NCBI RefSeq assembly: GCF_900199515.1
Contig: NZ_LT963434.1
Location: 1,652,180-1,684,179, forward strand
Direction of reading: 5' to 3'
Source of the DNA: Massilicoli timonensis
GTDB lineage: Bacteria > Bacillota_I > Bacilli_A > Erysipelotrichales > Erysipelotrichaceae
Length of the DNA: 32,000 nucleotides
Shown: one piece after another, positions 1-8,545 of the stretch
How the letters are laid out: the number at the start of each line of letters is the position of its first letter
Numbering within the stretch: position 1 is the first letter of the stretch
Translations under genes and position numbers: made by a program
Notes under the pieces: generated by a model
The model's database searches: none
Told to the model about the DNA's origin: nothing
What the model saw: the letters and a program-made list of their open reading frames with translations, nothing else

Positions 1-1
1 G

Positions 2-781
2 GAGCAGGCGGCAAAGCGTACCGAGGCACAGAGCGAGCGGACCCGGAAAAACGCGGCAAGCTGGCTGGATTCTGCGGTACTTGGTTCCCTGAAACGGTAT
101 GGGAATGAAGAACAAATGGAGACCTATGCAGTTCTGCGCGAGGCGTTCCTGTCAGGTAAAACCGGCTCTGTGGAGCGGATCAGCGCCTTTAAGAAGGCTG
201 TTACCGGGCGCGTGATCCCGAAAAGTGAGCGGGAAAGGCTGGAACTGTTTGAGCGGATGCTTTATGGAGTACAGGAACAGGAAACACCGCAGATTGGGCG
301 CACAGAAACCGATTACTACCGTAATTCCGTGCGGATGGGAAAAGAATGTGAAAAAGACGGCGGTTATTGGGACAGCAATGTGGAGATGACGGCCAGAGCT
401 TTTGCCTGCTACATAAAAGATAAGCTGCCCTATCAGTCGGACTATCTGGCAGGTCATGCGGATTGTGCCGTTACTCTTGTAGCTGGGAAAGACGGGAAAA
501 TGGAGGTTTTGAAAGCCTATCCCGAAGGAGCGGAACGGCAGGCGATCAATGCGGTGTTTGATGAAATTATGGCGGAGCTAAAACAGGAACAGATACTTAC
601 CCATTGGGAGACAACGCTTCCGCTTCCGGCGCAGGCCGCGCCGCTGGCTGAAAATGAGCAGATTTCCATATTTACGATGGAGCGTCCTTCGGTTATGGCG
701 CAGCTTGCAGCGGCAAAACCGGCAGAAAAAACAACGCCGGCACAGACGGTTCCGAAAAAGAGCCGTGCGCCGGAGATTTAG
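2..781 (+). CDS. 3' end of a larger conjugative-element protein (5' part upstream of the window); polyvalent-protein-like C-terminal region
   Basis: The frame is open from nt 2 with no stop, so the Met at 116 is probably internal. The motif YWDSNVEMTARAFACYIKD resembles domains I recall from large polyvalent ICE/phage proteins (unverified). The C-terminus carries RPSVMAQL plus a basic tail. Confidence 0.55.
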   Translation, partial: EQAAKRTEAQSERTRKNAASWLDSAVLGSLKRYGNEEQMETYAVLREAFLSGKTGSVERISAFKKAVTGRVIPKSERERLELFERMLYGVQEQETPQIGRTETDYYRNSVRMGKECEKDGGYWDSNVEMTARAFACYIKDKLPYQSDYLAGHADCAVTLVAGKDGKMEVLKAYPEGAERQAINAVFDEIMAELKQEQILTHWETTLPLPAQAAPLAENEQISIFTMERPSVMAQLAAAKPAEKTTPAQTVPKKSRAPEI

Positions 782-784
782 GAG

Positions 785-1615
785 GTGTTGAAAAGATTGG
801 AAGAAAATAAAGACTTCCGTGCTTACCGGTACGGCGACCATTTAGAGCCAGGGTATGAATTGAAGATTGAACACAGTATTTCTTGTGAAGATGTGGATAT
901 TTCCCCCTTTATTATGATGGGAAAAGAAAGTTTAGAGGCTATGCGTCAGGGTAGTATTGACGGGGAGCAGAAAGCCTATGAAATTGTGGTGGCAGCGGCG
1001 AAACAGTGGGAACAGCAGGCAGCTTCCACACAGATGATAGACCGGGCGCTGGAATATCTTCGCACGCCGGAGGTGGAGCATACGGGGAATGTATGGGAGA
1101 AAAGCGACGGCTGTAGGGACAGTGAGCAGATCAGCAACCGCGTGTATAAAATGTCTTGCAGCATTAAGGAAAATACCAAACATGGTCGTGAGACCGATCA
1201 GCGTATTCCGGTTGCCTGGCATGTTACATGGGATTTGTATGTGAACTCCCCAAAACAGGGATATGGCGAGAAGATTGCCGGACAAAACCAGAAACGCTAC
1301 ACCGATAAGGCTGCGGCCCTAAAGTATCTGGATGGACGCAAGAAAGCCTACGCCCATTTATTTACGGAAATCTCCCCGCAGATACCAAAACAGTATGAGC
1401 GTCATTTTACTGTGCATGGGGCGCTCCTGCCGGGATATACCGTGGAGGGCCAGGAACCGGTAAAGACAGACCGTACCGCCGCCGAAGTTTCGGAGGGCGG
1501 TATTTCTATGCTGGAAAAGCCTTCTGTGTTGGGGAAACTGGCAGCGGCAAAATCCCAGGAGAAAGCCCCCGCTGCGCCTGGGACAGCGAAAAAGAAGGAG
1601 GATATGCAGATTTGA
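785..1615 (+). CDS. Hypothetical conjugative-element protein with C-terminal KPSVLGKL motif
   Basis: 276-codon ORF right after AGGAGG (780-785). The start is ambiguous (GTG 785, TTG 788 or TTG 797). The stop overlaps the next start (TTGA, 1612-1615). No family recognised. Confidence 0.6.
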   Translation: MLKRLEENKDFRAYRYGDHLEPGYELKIEHSISCEDVDISPFIMMGKESLEAMRQGSIDGEQKAYEIVVAAAKQWEQQAASTQMIDRALEYLRTPEVEHTGNVWEKSDGCRDSEQISNRVYKMSCSIKENTKHGRETDQRIPVAWHVTWDLYVNSPKQGYGEKIAGQNQKRYTDKAAALKYLDGRKKAYAHLFTEISPQIPKQYERHFTVHGALLPGYTVEGQEPVKTDRTAAEVSEGGISMLEKPSVLGKLAAAKSQEKAPAAPGTAKKKEDMQI

Positions 1616-2031
1616 AAGTTTTAATGGTGGAACCGGGCAGATCGCCCTACGAAACGGAAATTGAGGGCGGGCTGGCCTCATTGCAGGAGGCTGTCGGCGG
1701 AGATATTCAGGCAATCTATCCCTATGAGGATATGGTTGCGCTGATCTGCAATGAGGAAGGCAAATATACAGGGCTGCCTTTGAACCGGGCGCTCTATGAT
1801 GAGGAAGGCCGTATGTATGACATTGTTGCCGGCAATTTTTTGATTGTCGGTCTGAGCGAGGAAGATTTTACTGACCTTCCTGCTGATCTGATGGAAAAAT
1901 TCAGCGAGCAGTTCAAGTACCCGGAAAAATTTGCCCGGATTGCCGGCGAGATCATCGCGGTTAAGCAGCCGGCTACAAATGAGCGGCAGGAGAAAGCCCC
2001 TAAGCCTCCCCACTCCGGACCGGAACTGTAG
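1612..2031 (+). CDS. DUF3846-like protein
   Basis: The N-terminus MKVLMVEPGRSPYETEIEGGLASLQEAVGGDIQ matches my memory of the DUF3846 family of Clostridial conjugative elements. AAGGAGGA lies at 1595-1602, and the TTG start overlaps the previous stop. Confidence 0.65.
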   Translation: MKVLMVEPGRSPYETEIEGGLASLQEAVGGDIQAIYPYEDMVALICNEEGKYTGLPLNRALYDEEGRMYDIVAGNFLIVGLSEEDFTDLPADLMEKFSEQFKYPEKFARIAGEIIAVKQPATNERQEKAPKPPHSGPEL

Positions 2032-2048
2032 GAATGGAGGGATGACCT

Positions 2049-2849
2049 ATGCTGATGGCAGTACAAGGTCCGTATGCCCTGATGGTGCAGCCGGACGATA
2101 TTTTAATCAGTCCCCGCGAGGTGGACGAGAATTTTGGAACGATGGTCTGCTTTCATCCCCGTTATGCGCTGGGTGACAGCCACAATTACATGGACAAAGA
2201 CGATTTCCTGCGGGAAATGTACTTGAATACCGTTGGGAATGACGAGCGCGGCATGAAACGGTATGAAAATATGGTAAACATGGTGTGGAGTCGGAAAATG
2301 ACCGGTCCAAATCCGGATGAACGTGCCGTTGACAATACTCTGCTGAATGTGATCTCAAAGAAGTACATCATGCTGCCGCTGTATTTGCTGGACCACAGCG
2401 GGCTTGCCATGAAAACAACCAGTTTTCACGACCCCTGGGACAGCGGGCAGGTTGGATGGATTTATGTTTCCAAAGAGGATGCCCTGAAGGAGTTTGGCGG
2501 CGAAAAAATGACCGGCGCCATCCGAAAAAAGGCGGAGGACCTTATGCGGGGCGAGGTGGCGGCTTATGATTCCTACCTCCGCGGTGAGTGCTATGGATTT
2601 GAGCTGTATAAAAACGGTGAGCTGGAGGATAGCTGCTGGGGATTCATGGGAAGTCTTGATGATGCGCGCAAGGATATGGCTGAATATCTCCCGGATAGTT
2701 GCAAGGACATGGTAGAACACCTGGAAGAACACAATCAGCCGGCTACGATTATCAAGACGCTCCTGAAACACGCAAAAATTCAGGTGGATCAGGCAGCGAA
2801 AGCCTTCGAGCACGCGCCCCGCCAGCGAATGATTGAGAACGCCAGATGA
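2049..2849 (+). CDS. Conserved hypothetical ICE protein (acidic)
   Basis: 266-codon ORF with GGAGGG 8 nt upstream of ATG 2049. Conserved-looking motifs are LLDHSGLAMK..WDSGQVGWIY and GECYGFELY..SCWGFMG. Family not identified. Confidence 0.6.
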   Translation: MLMAVQGPYALMVQPDDILISPREVDENFGTMVCFHPRYALGDSHNYMDKDDFLREMYLNTVGNDERGMKRYENMVNMVWSRKMTGPNPDERAVDNTLLNVISKKYIMLPLYLLDHSGLAMKTTSFHDPWDSGQVGWIYVSKEDALKEFGGEKMTGAIRKKAEDLMRGEVAAYDSYLRGECYGFELYKNGELEDSCWGFMGSLDDARKDMAEYLPDSCKDMVEHLEEHNQPATIIKTLLKHAKIQVDQAAKAFEHAPRQRMIENAR

Positions 2850-2886
2850 AAATAACAGATTTTATTTTATCAGGGAGGATGTGGCA

Positions 2887-3300
2887 ATGGAGATTATTCC
2901 TGCCCCTTATGACAGGTGCATTTATGTAGGCTCCGGTCATTCCGGCGAAAGCAAATGTCCCGGCAGCGGTACGCCGCATTACGGCCAGGTCCGTATCCGT
3001 TTTGAAACCCGGCGTGACGGTGCTTTGCTTTTAACTGGGAAGATATGCCCCGTCTGCGGTGCAGTCTTTCTTCCATATAAAAAATACGCAAAGCATTGGT
3101 TCCGATTCGGCGATTATACTTTTATCCGTTCTTTGGACGGTAAAGTACCTTCGGAGGAAAGGATCAGGCACAGGGAGTTCAAGCCTGACCCGGATTATAT
3201 CCCTCCGCAAATTGATTATCACGAAATCTACAAAACGCCCGCCTATATCAAAAATGGTCTCAGACGGCCATTTCAGGGCGGCTCCATGAGTCCGAGATAA
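2887..3300 (+). CDS. Hypothetical protein with two CPxxG half-sites (possible zinc ribbon)
   Basis: ORF 2833..3300. GGGAGGA at 2873-2879 favours ATG 2887 (MEIIPAPY). KCPGSG and ICPVCG are separated by about 36 residues. Confidence 0.5.
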   Translation: MEIIPAPYDRCIYVGSGHSGESKCPGSGTPHYGQVRIRFETRRDGALLLTGKICPVCGAVFLPYKKYAKHWFRFGDYTFIRSLDGKVPSEERIRHREFKPDPDYIPPQIDYHEIYKTPAYIKNGLRRPFQGGSMSPR

Positions 3301-3334
3301 GCGAGAGCAAATAACGTAGGAAAGGAGGATGCTC

Positions 3335-3805
3335 ATGCAGGAAGATATTGAACAAAGAACCGTTTCTGTCACTGTCCAGGCGTCAAAGCTGACCGGGCGG
3401 GTTTTGAAAGCGGCCATTGCAGCCGTGCTTCAAAAAATGGAACAGGAACGCAATACCCCAAAAGTAGGCCGCAACAGTATGAAGCGGCTGACGGCCAGGG
3501 ACCCCGGCGCGAATACCATAGAAGTGACCGGGCGGATTCGCTCTTTCGAGCGGTACGCAAGGAAACATCAGGTTCGCTATCACATTGAGAAAGAAGCTGG
3601 AACGGACCCGCCTAAGTGGACGGTTTATTTCAAGGCAAACCAGGCGGATGCTCTGACAGCGGCCTTTAAGGAATATACGAGGAAAGACCTTGCCCGCGCG
3701 CAGAGACCTTCTCTGCTGTCTCAGCTCCATAAATTCAAAGAGCTGGCGCAGGCGCTTGGCCGTGACCGTGTGAAGAACAAAGAACATGTAGGGCCGGAGC
3801 GTTGA
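3335..3805 (+). CDS. PcfB-family (DUF3801-like) conjugation accessory protein
   Basis: Sits immediately upstream of and overlapping the coupling-protein gene, as pcfB does with pcfC in pCF10-type systems. AAAGGAGG at 3321-3328 favours the second ATG (3335). The C-terminus carries RPSLLSQL. Confidence 0.65.
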   Translation: MQEDIEQRTVSVTVQASKLTGRVLKAAIAAVLQKMEQERNTPKVGRNSMKRLTARDPGANTIEVTGRIRSFERYARKHQVRYHIEKEAGTDPPKWTVYFKANQADALTAAFKEYTRKDLARAQRPSLLSQLHKFKELAQALGRDRVKNKEHVGPER

Positions 3806-5646
3806 AAATAGATACCGATACCCTGAAAAAGCAGGTGATCCTTCACTTGCCCTATCTTCTGTTTCTTTTGGTATTTGCTAAGCTGGGCGAAGCGGTACGG
3901 CTTGCCCCCGGAGCGGACGCCTCCCAAAAGCTGCTGGGTCTTTCCGAAGGCTTTACCCTTGCATTTCAGAGCATGTGGCCCGGCGCCGGAATCGACTGGC
4001 TGGTTGGTCTGTGTTGCTCGGCTGTCGTGCGGCTGGCAGTCTATCTTAAAGGGAAGGATGCGAAAAAGTACCGTAAAAATGTGGAATACGGTTCTGCCAG
4101 GTGGGGCAACAAAGCGGATATTGCCCCGTTTATGGACCCAAAGCCGGAAAACAACATTATCCTGACGCAGACCGAGGGACTTATGATGTCCGGCAGACCG
4201 AAGAATCCGGCTCACGCCCGGAATAAAAATGTGCTGGTGGTGGGCGGCTCCGGTTCCGGCAAAACGAGATTTTTCATAAAACCCAACCTCATGCAGATGC
4301 ACAGCTCCTATGTTGTCACCGATCCGAAGGGAACGGTCTTAATCGAGGTGGGAAAGCTGTTAAGCCGAGGGACCCCTAAACTGGATAAGGACGGAAAACC
4401 CGTCCGGGGCAAGAATGGAAAAATCGTGTATGAGCCTTATAAGATCAAGGTGTTCAACACAATCAATTTCTCAAAAAGTATGCACTACAACCCTTTTGCG
4501 TACATTCACAATGAGAAAGATATTCTGAAACTGGTAACGGTGCTGATTGCGAATACCAAAGGAGAAGGAAAATCTGGAGATGATTTTTGGGTCAAAGCCG
4601 AGACTTTGCTGTACACAGCATTGATCGGCTACATTTATTATGAGGCCCCCACAAATGAGCAGAATTTCTCCACTCTGGTAGAAATGATAAACGCGATGGA
4701 AGTCCGGGAGGATGACGAGAGTTTCAAAAACGCGGTTGACCTGCTCTTTGACGCACTGGAACAGAAAGACCCCGACCACTTTGCAGTCCGGCAATATAAG
4801 AAATATAAGCTGGCGGCGGGCAAAACAGCGAAAAGCATTTTGATTTCCTGCGGCGCCAGGCTTGCCCCCTTTGACATTAAAGAGGTACGGGAAATTACCA
4901 TGTATGACGAGCTGGAGCTTGACCTGGTTGGAGACAGGAAAACGGCGCTGTTCTTTATCATCAGCGATACGGACGCAACCTTTAATTTCCTTGTCAGCAT
5001 GGCCTATACACAGTTGTTCAATCTGTTGTGTGAGCGGGCCGATGACAAATACGGCGGCAGGCTGCCGGTCCATGTGCGGTGCCTGATCGATGAGGCTGCC
5101 AATATCGGCCAGATTCCCAATCTGGAAAAACTGATGGCAACCATCCGTTCAAGGGAAATATCGGCCTGTCTGGTTTTGCAGGCGCAGAGTCAGCTTAAAG
5201 CTCTGTACAAAGATAACATGGACACAATCATTGGCAACTGTGACGCCAGCCTGTTCCTCGGCGGAAAGGAAGAAACCACGCTGAAAAGCTGGAACTCACT
5301 GCTGGGAAAAGAAACCATTGATATGTACAATACCAGTGTCACGAAGGGAACCCAGGAATCCCACGGACAGAACTACCAAAAGCTGGGTAAGGATTTGATG
5401 TCCGTGGACGAGCTGGCCGTGATGGACGGCGGGAAATGTCTCCTGCAGATCAGGGGCGTCCGTCCGTTCCTCTCCCGCAAGTACGATATTACCAAGCACC
5501 CGAATTATAAATATCTGTCGGATTATAACCCTAAGAATGCCTTTGACATTGAAAAGTTTCTGTCAACAAGGCTTCCTGTCCGTCCCGGCGAGCTGTACCG
5601 CAATTATGAAATTACCGCCGAGGATTTGGCAGCGCAAACCGCATAA
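3802..5646 (+). CDS. Type IV coupling protein (VirD4/TraG/TraD family ATPase)
   Basis: 614 aa with N-terminal hydrophobic segments. Walker A is VVGGSGSGKTRF (about 4243-4266) and a Walker-B-like motif is RCLIDEAANIG. The TTG start is the first start codon after an in-frame stop at 3763. Confidence 0.9.
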   Translation: MKIDTDTLKKQVILHLPYLLFLLVFAKLGEAVRLAPGADASQKLLGLSEGFTLAFQSMWPGAGIDWLVGLCCSAVVRLAVYLKGKDAKKYRKNVEYGSARWGNKADIAPFMDPKPENNIILTQTEGLMMSGRPKNPAHARNKNVLVVGGSGSGKTRFFIKPNLMQMHSSYVVTDPKGTVLIEVGKLLSRGTPKLDKDGKPVRGKNGKIVYEPYKIKVFNTINFSKSMHYNPFAYIHNEKDILKLVTVLIANTKGEGKSGDDFWVKAETLLYTALIGYIYYEAPTNEQNFSTLVEMINAMEVREDDESFKNAVDLLFDALEQKDPDHFAVRQYKKYKLAAGKTAKSILISCGARLAPFDIKEVREITMYDELELDLVGDRKTALFFIISDTDATFNFLVSMAYTQLFNLLCERADDKYGGRLPVHVRCLIDEAANIGQIPNLEKLMATIRSREISACLVLQAQSQLKALYKDNMDTIIGNCDASLFLGGKEETTLKSWNSLLGKETIDMYNTSVTKGTQESHGQNYQKLGKDLMSVDELAVMDGGKCLLQIRGVRPFLSRKYDITKHPNYKYLSDYNPKNAFDIEKFLSTRLPVRPGELYRNYEITAEDLAAQTA

Positions 5647-5772
5647 TCCTATTCCTGCCTGGTCTTAGCGGCCTGACAGGTTTTGTTTTCCCGATGGAAG
5701 GAGGTTTTGATTGAGGATACGCGCGCCTCCCCTGTAACTGAATATTCCCGCAGGTGTTACCCCTGCCCTTAT

Positions 5773-5822
5773 GCCGCCGTCATGCTTTTTGCAGATTTTT
5801 TAGCATGGCGGCGGCTTTTTTC
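5773..5822 (+). terminator. Rho-independent terminator candidate downstream of the coupling-protein gene
   Basis: A 14-bp stem, gccgccgtcatgct (5773-5786), pairs with agcatggcggcggc (5802-5815) with one mismatch/wobble. A T-run follows at 5816-5822. Confidence 0.6.
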
Positions 5823-5880
5823 GTTTCCGGCCAGTCTCGGCCACAACAATAAATTCTATGATATAAGGAGGATTAACTTT

Positions 5881-6039
5881 ATGGCATTTTTCGCAAGTGC
5901 GATTGATACTTTGAAAATTCTGGTAATTGCCCTGGGCGCCGGCCTGGGTGCATGGGGCGTCATCAATCTGCTGGAGGGCTACGGAAATGACAATCCCGGC
6001 GCCAAATCCCAGGGCATGAAGCAGCTTATGGCTAATTAG
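5881..6039 (+). pseudogene. maff2: maff2 5' fragment, truncated by insertion of the nested element
   Basis: AAGGAGG at 5865-5871, then ATG 5881. MAFFASAIDTLKILVIALGAGLGAWGVINLLEGYGNDNPGAKSQGMKQLMA is Maff2-like. The reading frame then ends abruptly as N-stop inside inserted DNA. The missing hydrophobic C-terminus is found at 17598-17661. Confidence 0.8.
6022..6032 (+). repeat. attL core (cagctTatggc) of the nested element
   Basis: Matches cagctCatggc at 17587-17597 (10/11, or 12/14 when extended by aaN upstream). Both copies are in the maff2 reading frame (QLMA). Confidence 0.7.
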
Positions 6040-6104
6040 ATGTGATAAAAGTGGAGAAAGGAAAAGCACAATCCAGACGGAACCGGCGGCCCGGTCAAGA
6101 GATA

Positions 6105-6133
6105 TTGTGGAAACACAAGATTTCTGCTATAAT
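6105..6133 (+). promoter_or_regulatory. Sigma-A-type promoter candidate for the HTH-vat-grpB/cda-GNAT cassette
   Basis: TTGTGG (6105-6110), a 17-nt spacer, then TATAAT (6128-6133) with an upstream TGc extended -10. Confidence 0.55.
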
Positions 6134-6175
6134 GGGTGCAGAACACTTGACGATGGAAAGAGAGGCGGGACGCCT

Positions 6176-6400
6176 ATGCACATTAGCTATCAGCCATTAT
6201 GGAACACCTTGAAAGAGCGTGGCATGAGAAAGGAGGACTTGCGGCTTGCCGCCGGTCTGACAACCAACATGATTGCCAACATGGGCAAGGGCGAGCATAT
6301 CAGCATGAAAACACTTCTGCGTATCTGTGAAACCCTGCATTGTGGCATTTCGGATGTGATTGAATTGGAAGTAGATGGGGCTAATCAGAGTAAAGAATAA
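6176..6400 (+). CDS. Small XRE/Cro-type helix-turn-helix regulator
   Basis: MHISYQPLWNTLKERGMRKEDLRLAAGLTTNMIANMGKGEHISMKTLLRICETLHCGISDVIEL is a typical HTH_26-like fold pattern. The internal ATG 6176 was chosen over the listed 6107 start. Confidence 0.7.
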   Translation: MHISYQPLWNTLKERGMRKEDLRLAAGLTTNMIANMGKGEHISMKTLLRICETLHCGISDVIELEVDGANQSKE

Positions 6401-6428
6401 AACAAAGATCAATGAGGAGGTTATATAT

Positions 6429-7070
6429 ATGCAATACGGGCCAGACCCAAATGCGGTTTATCCGAATGAGGCAATTAAGAGTGTCTGCTTTATCAAAAAT
6501 ATAATTACCCGCCCTAATATTATAGTGGGTGAATATTCTTACTATGATGATATGGATGGTGCGGAGAAATTCGAGGATCATGTAACGCATCATTATGAGT
6601 TCATCGGGGATAAATTGATTATAGGTAAATTTTGTGCTATTGCTAAGGGAATAGAGTTTGTAATGAACGGTGCAAATCATCGGATGTGCAGCGTTACGAC
6701 TTATCCTTTTAATATTATGGGCGGTGGCTGGGAACAGTTTACTCCGGCTTTAGAGGACTTGCCGCTAAAGGGTGACACTGTTGTTGGAAATGATGTTTGG
6801 ATTGGGCAGAATGTTACTGTAATGCCGGGTGTGAATATCGGAGATGGTGCAATTATAGCCGCAAATTCTGTCGTAACAAAAGACATTCCCGCCTATTGTG
6901 TCGCTGGTGGAAATCCTTGCAAAATAATAAAAAAACGCTTTGACGATGAACTCATCTCGTACTTGCAAGAGATAAAATGGTGGGACTGGTCACCAGAAAA
7001 AATATTCGCAAATCTTGAGGCGTTATGTAGCGGAGATTTGGAACAGATACGCAACATAATTGAGGTGTAA
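6429..7070 (+). CDS. vat: Vat-family streptogramin A O-acetyltransferase (xenobiotic acetyltransferase, hexapeptide repeat)
   Basis: GAGGAGG precedes ATG 6429. The 213-aa product has GEYSYYD, KIGKFCAI, MNGANHRM, YPFN, GDTVVGNDVWIGQNVTVMPGVNIGDGAIIAANSVV and KWWDW. It is colinear with VatD/SatA as I remember it. Confidence 0.9.
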   Translation: MQYGPDPNAVYPNEAIKSVCFIKNIITRPNIIVGEYSYYDDMDGAEKFEDHVTHHYEFIGDKLIIGKFCAIAKGIEFVMNGANHRMCSVTTYPFNIMGGGWEQFTPALEDLPLKGDTVVGNDVWIGQNVTVMPGVNIGDGAIIAANSVVTKDIPAYCVAGGNPCKIIKKRFDDELISYLQEIKWWDWSPEKIFANLEALCSGDLEQIRNIIEV

Positions 7071-7106
7071 TTTTGTTGGAATTGATGTTTTAGAGGTGGG
7101 AAATAA

Positions 7107-8006
7107 ATGAGTCAACACATAACAGTAATAGAGTATAGTCCATTATGGAAAAATAAGTATAAAGAAGAATCTTTGCTGATTAGAAATATTCTTGCAGATA
7201 ATTGCATAGCAATTTACCACATTGGAAGTACCTCTGTGGAAGGTTTAGCCGCAAAGCCAATTATTGATATCATGGCAGTTGTCAGAAGTCTTGAGATAGT
7301 AGATACTGTTGCAGAAAAGTTTTCGGATATAGGCTATGAATATCTTGGAGAATTTGGTATAGAAGGTCGGCGTTATCTTCGCAAAGGTGGCGATGAGCGA
7401 ACTCATCAAATTCATATTTTTCAAGCCGATGACTGGAATAATATCGGGCGTCATCTTGCTTTTCGTGACTATATGCGTACCCATGAAAAGGAACGAGAGG
7501 AATATGCAAAAATAAAAATAGAACTTGCAAAAAAATATCCGTATGATATTGATGGATATTGTGATGGGAAAGAAAATTTTGTGCGAGAAATGGAGGAAAT
7601 TGCTATTTCCCAATTTGACGGAACATGGGATAAAATGTATATAGCCGCAAGAAAAGTACAATATGAAAGAAAGCTCTCTCCATTGATCGAAGCAGGAACC
7701 GTTTCTGCCGCACTTCTCACGGAAAAAGGAAATATCTATGTAGGTGTTTGCATTGACACGGCTTGTTCATTGGGAATGTGTGCGGAAAGAAACGCCATCG
7801 CCAACATGATTACAAACGGCGAGTGTACGATCCAGCGTGTTATAGCGATTGGACAAAACGGAAACGCTATCCCACCTTGTGGTGCATGTCGGGAGTTTAT
7901 GACACAACTTGCCCTGGAGAAGTATCACTCTATCCAAATTATGCTGGATTATGAAAATAAAAAAGTTGTTGCATTAGGAGACATTACCTCTAATTGGTGG
8001 ATATAA
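7107..8006 (+). CDS. Fusion protein: N-terminal GrpB (UPF0157, nucleotidyltransferase-fold) domain plus C-terminal cytidine-deaminase-fold domain resembling blasticidin S deaminase
   Basis: The GrpB signature is HIGSTSVEGLAAKPIIDIM..RTHQIHIF. The C-terminal approx. 125 aa carry the zinc motifs CAERNAI and PCGACREF. Overall colinearity is with BSD-type deaminases (VSAALLTEKGNIYVGV..VIAIGQNG). Confidence 0.75.
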   Translation: MSQHITVIEYSPLWKNKYKEESLLIRNILADNCIAIYHIGSTSVEGLAAKPIIDIMAVVRSLEIVDTVAEKFSDIGYEYLGEFGIEGRRYLRKGGDERTHQIHIFQADDWNNIGRHLAFRDYMRTHEKEREEYAKIKIELAKKYPYDIDGYCDGKENFVREMEEIAISQFDGTWDKMYIAARKVQYERKLSPLIEAGTVSAALLTEKGNIYVGVCIDTACSLGMCAERNAIANMITNGECTIQRVIAIGQNGNAIPPCGACREFMTQLALEKYHSIQIMLDYENKKVVALGDITSNWWI

Positions 8007-8018
8007 AGAAGCACGGAT

Positions 8019-8471
8019 ATGAATGAATATAGTTATGTCACATTAAGACAAGTACCAGAATTAAAAGAACCCGCCGCTGCATGGTTTCATGCCAAATGGG
8101 GCGTACCGCAAGAAGCCTATCTTGAATGTATGGAAGCCTATTTGAAAAATAAAACGGAATACGGCTGGTATTTTTGCTTAGACGGCAGGCGTATTATAGG
8201 CGGTCTGGGCGTAATAGATAATGATTTTCACGATAGAAAAGACCTTTCGCCAAATGTATGTGCATTATATACGGAAGAGGATTATCGCTGTCAAGGAATT
8301 GCAGGGCAGTTACTTGATACGGTTGTGAAAGATATGAAATCCAAAGGAATTACTCCTATTTATTTGATTACAGACCATACAAGTTTTTATGAAAGATATG
8401 GCTGGGAATTTTTATGTATGGTTCAGGGGGATGATGAGCCGGACATGACAAGAATGTACATTCACAGATAA
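8019..8471 (+). CDS. GNAT-family N-acetyltransferase (substrate unknown)
   Basis: 150 aa. The acetyl-CoA-binding motif-A-like stretch is RCQGIAGQLLDTVVKDMKSKG, with C-terminal FYERYGWEF. Confidence 0.75.
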   Translation: MNEYSYVTLRQVPELKEPAAAWFHAKWGVPQEAYLECMEAYLKNKTEYGWYFCLDGRRIIGGLGVIDNDFHDRKDLSPNVCALYTEEDYRCQGIAGQLLDTVVKDMKSKGITPIYLITDHTSFYERYGWEFLCMVQGDDEPDMTRMYIHR

Positions 8472-8502
8472 TTATTATAGAAATTAAAGTTAAAAAGGCT
8501 CT

Positions 8503-8545
8503 GCCGTTGTAGGAACACCAGTTCCCACAACGGCAATTTTTATTT
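8503..8545. terminator. Bidirectional rho-independent terminator between convergent genes
   Basis: The stem gccgttgtagg (8503-8513) pairs with cccacaacggc (8524-8534) with one mismatch. A T-run lies downstream (8537-8545) and an A-run upstream (8492-8496). Confidence 0.7.

Noticed and set aside
5683-5880. Upstream extension of the maff2 ORF (listed start 5683)
   Set aside because: The extension spans a strong terminator hairpin (5773-5822). The Maff2-like sequence begins at ATG 5881, which has AAGGAGG 9 nt upstream.
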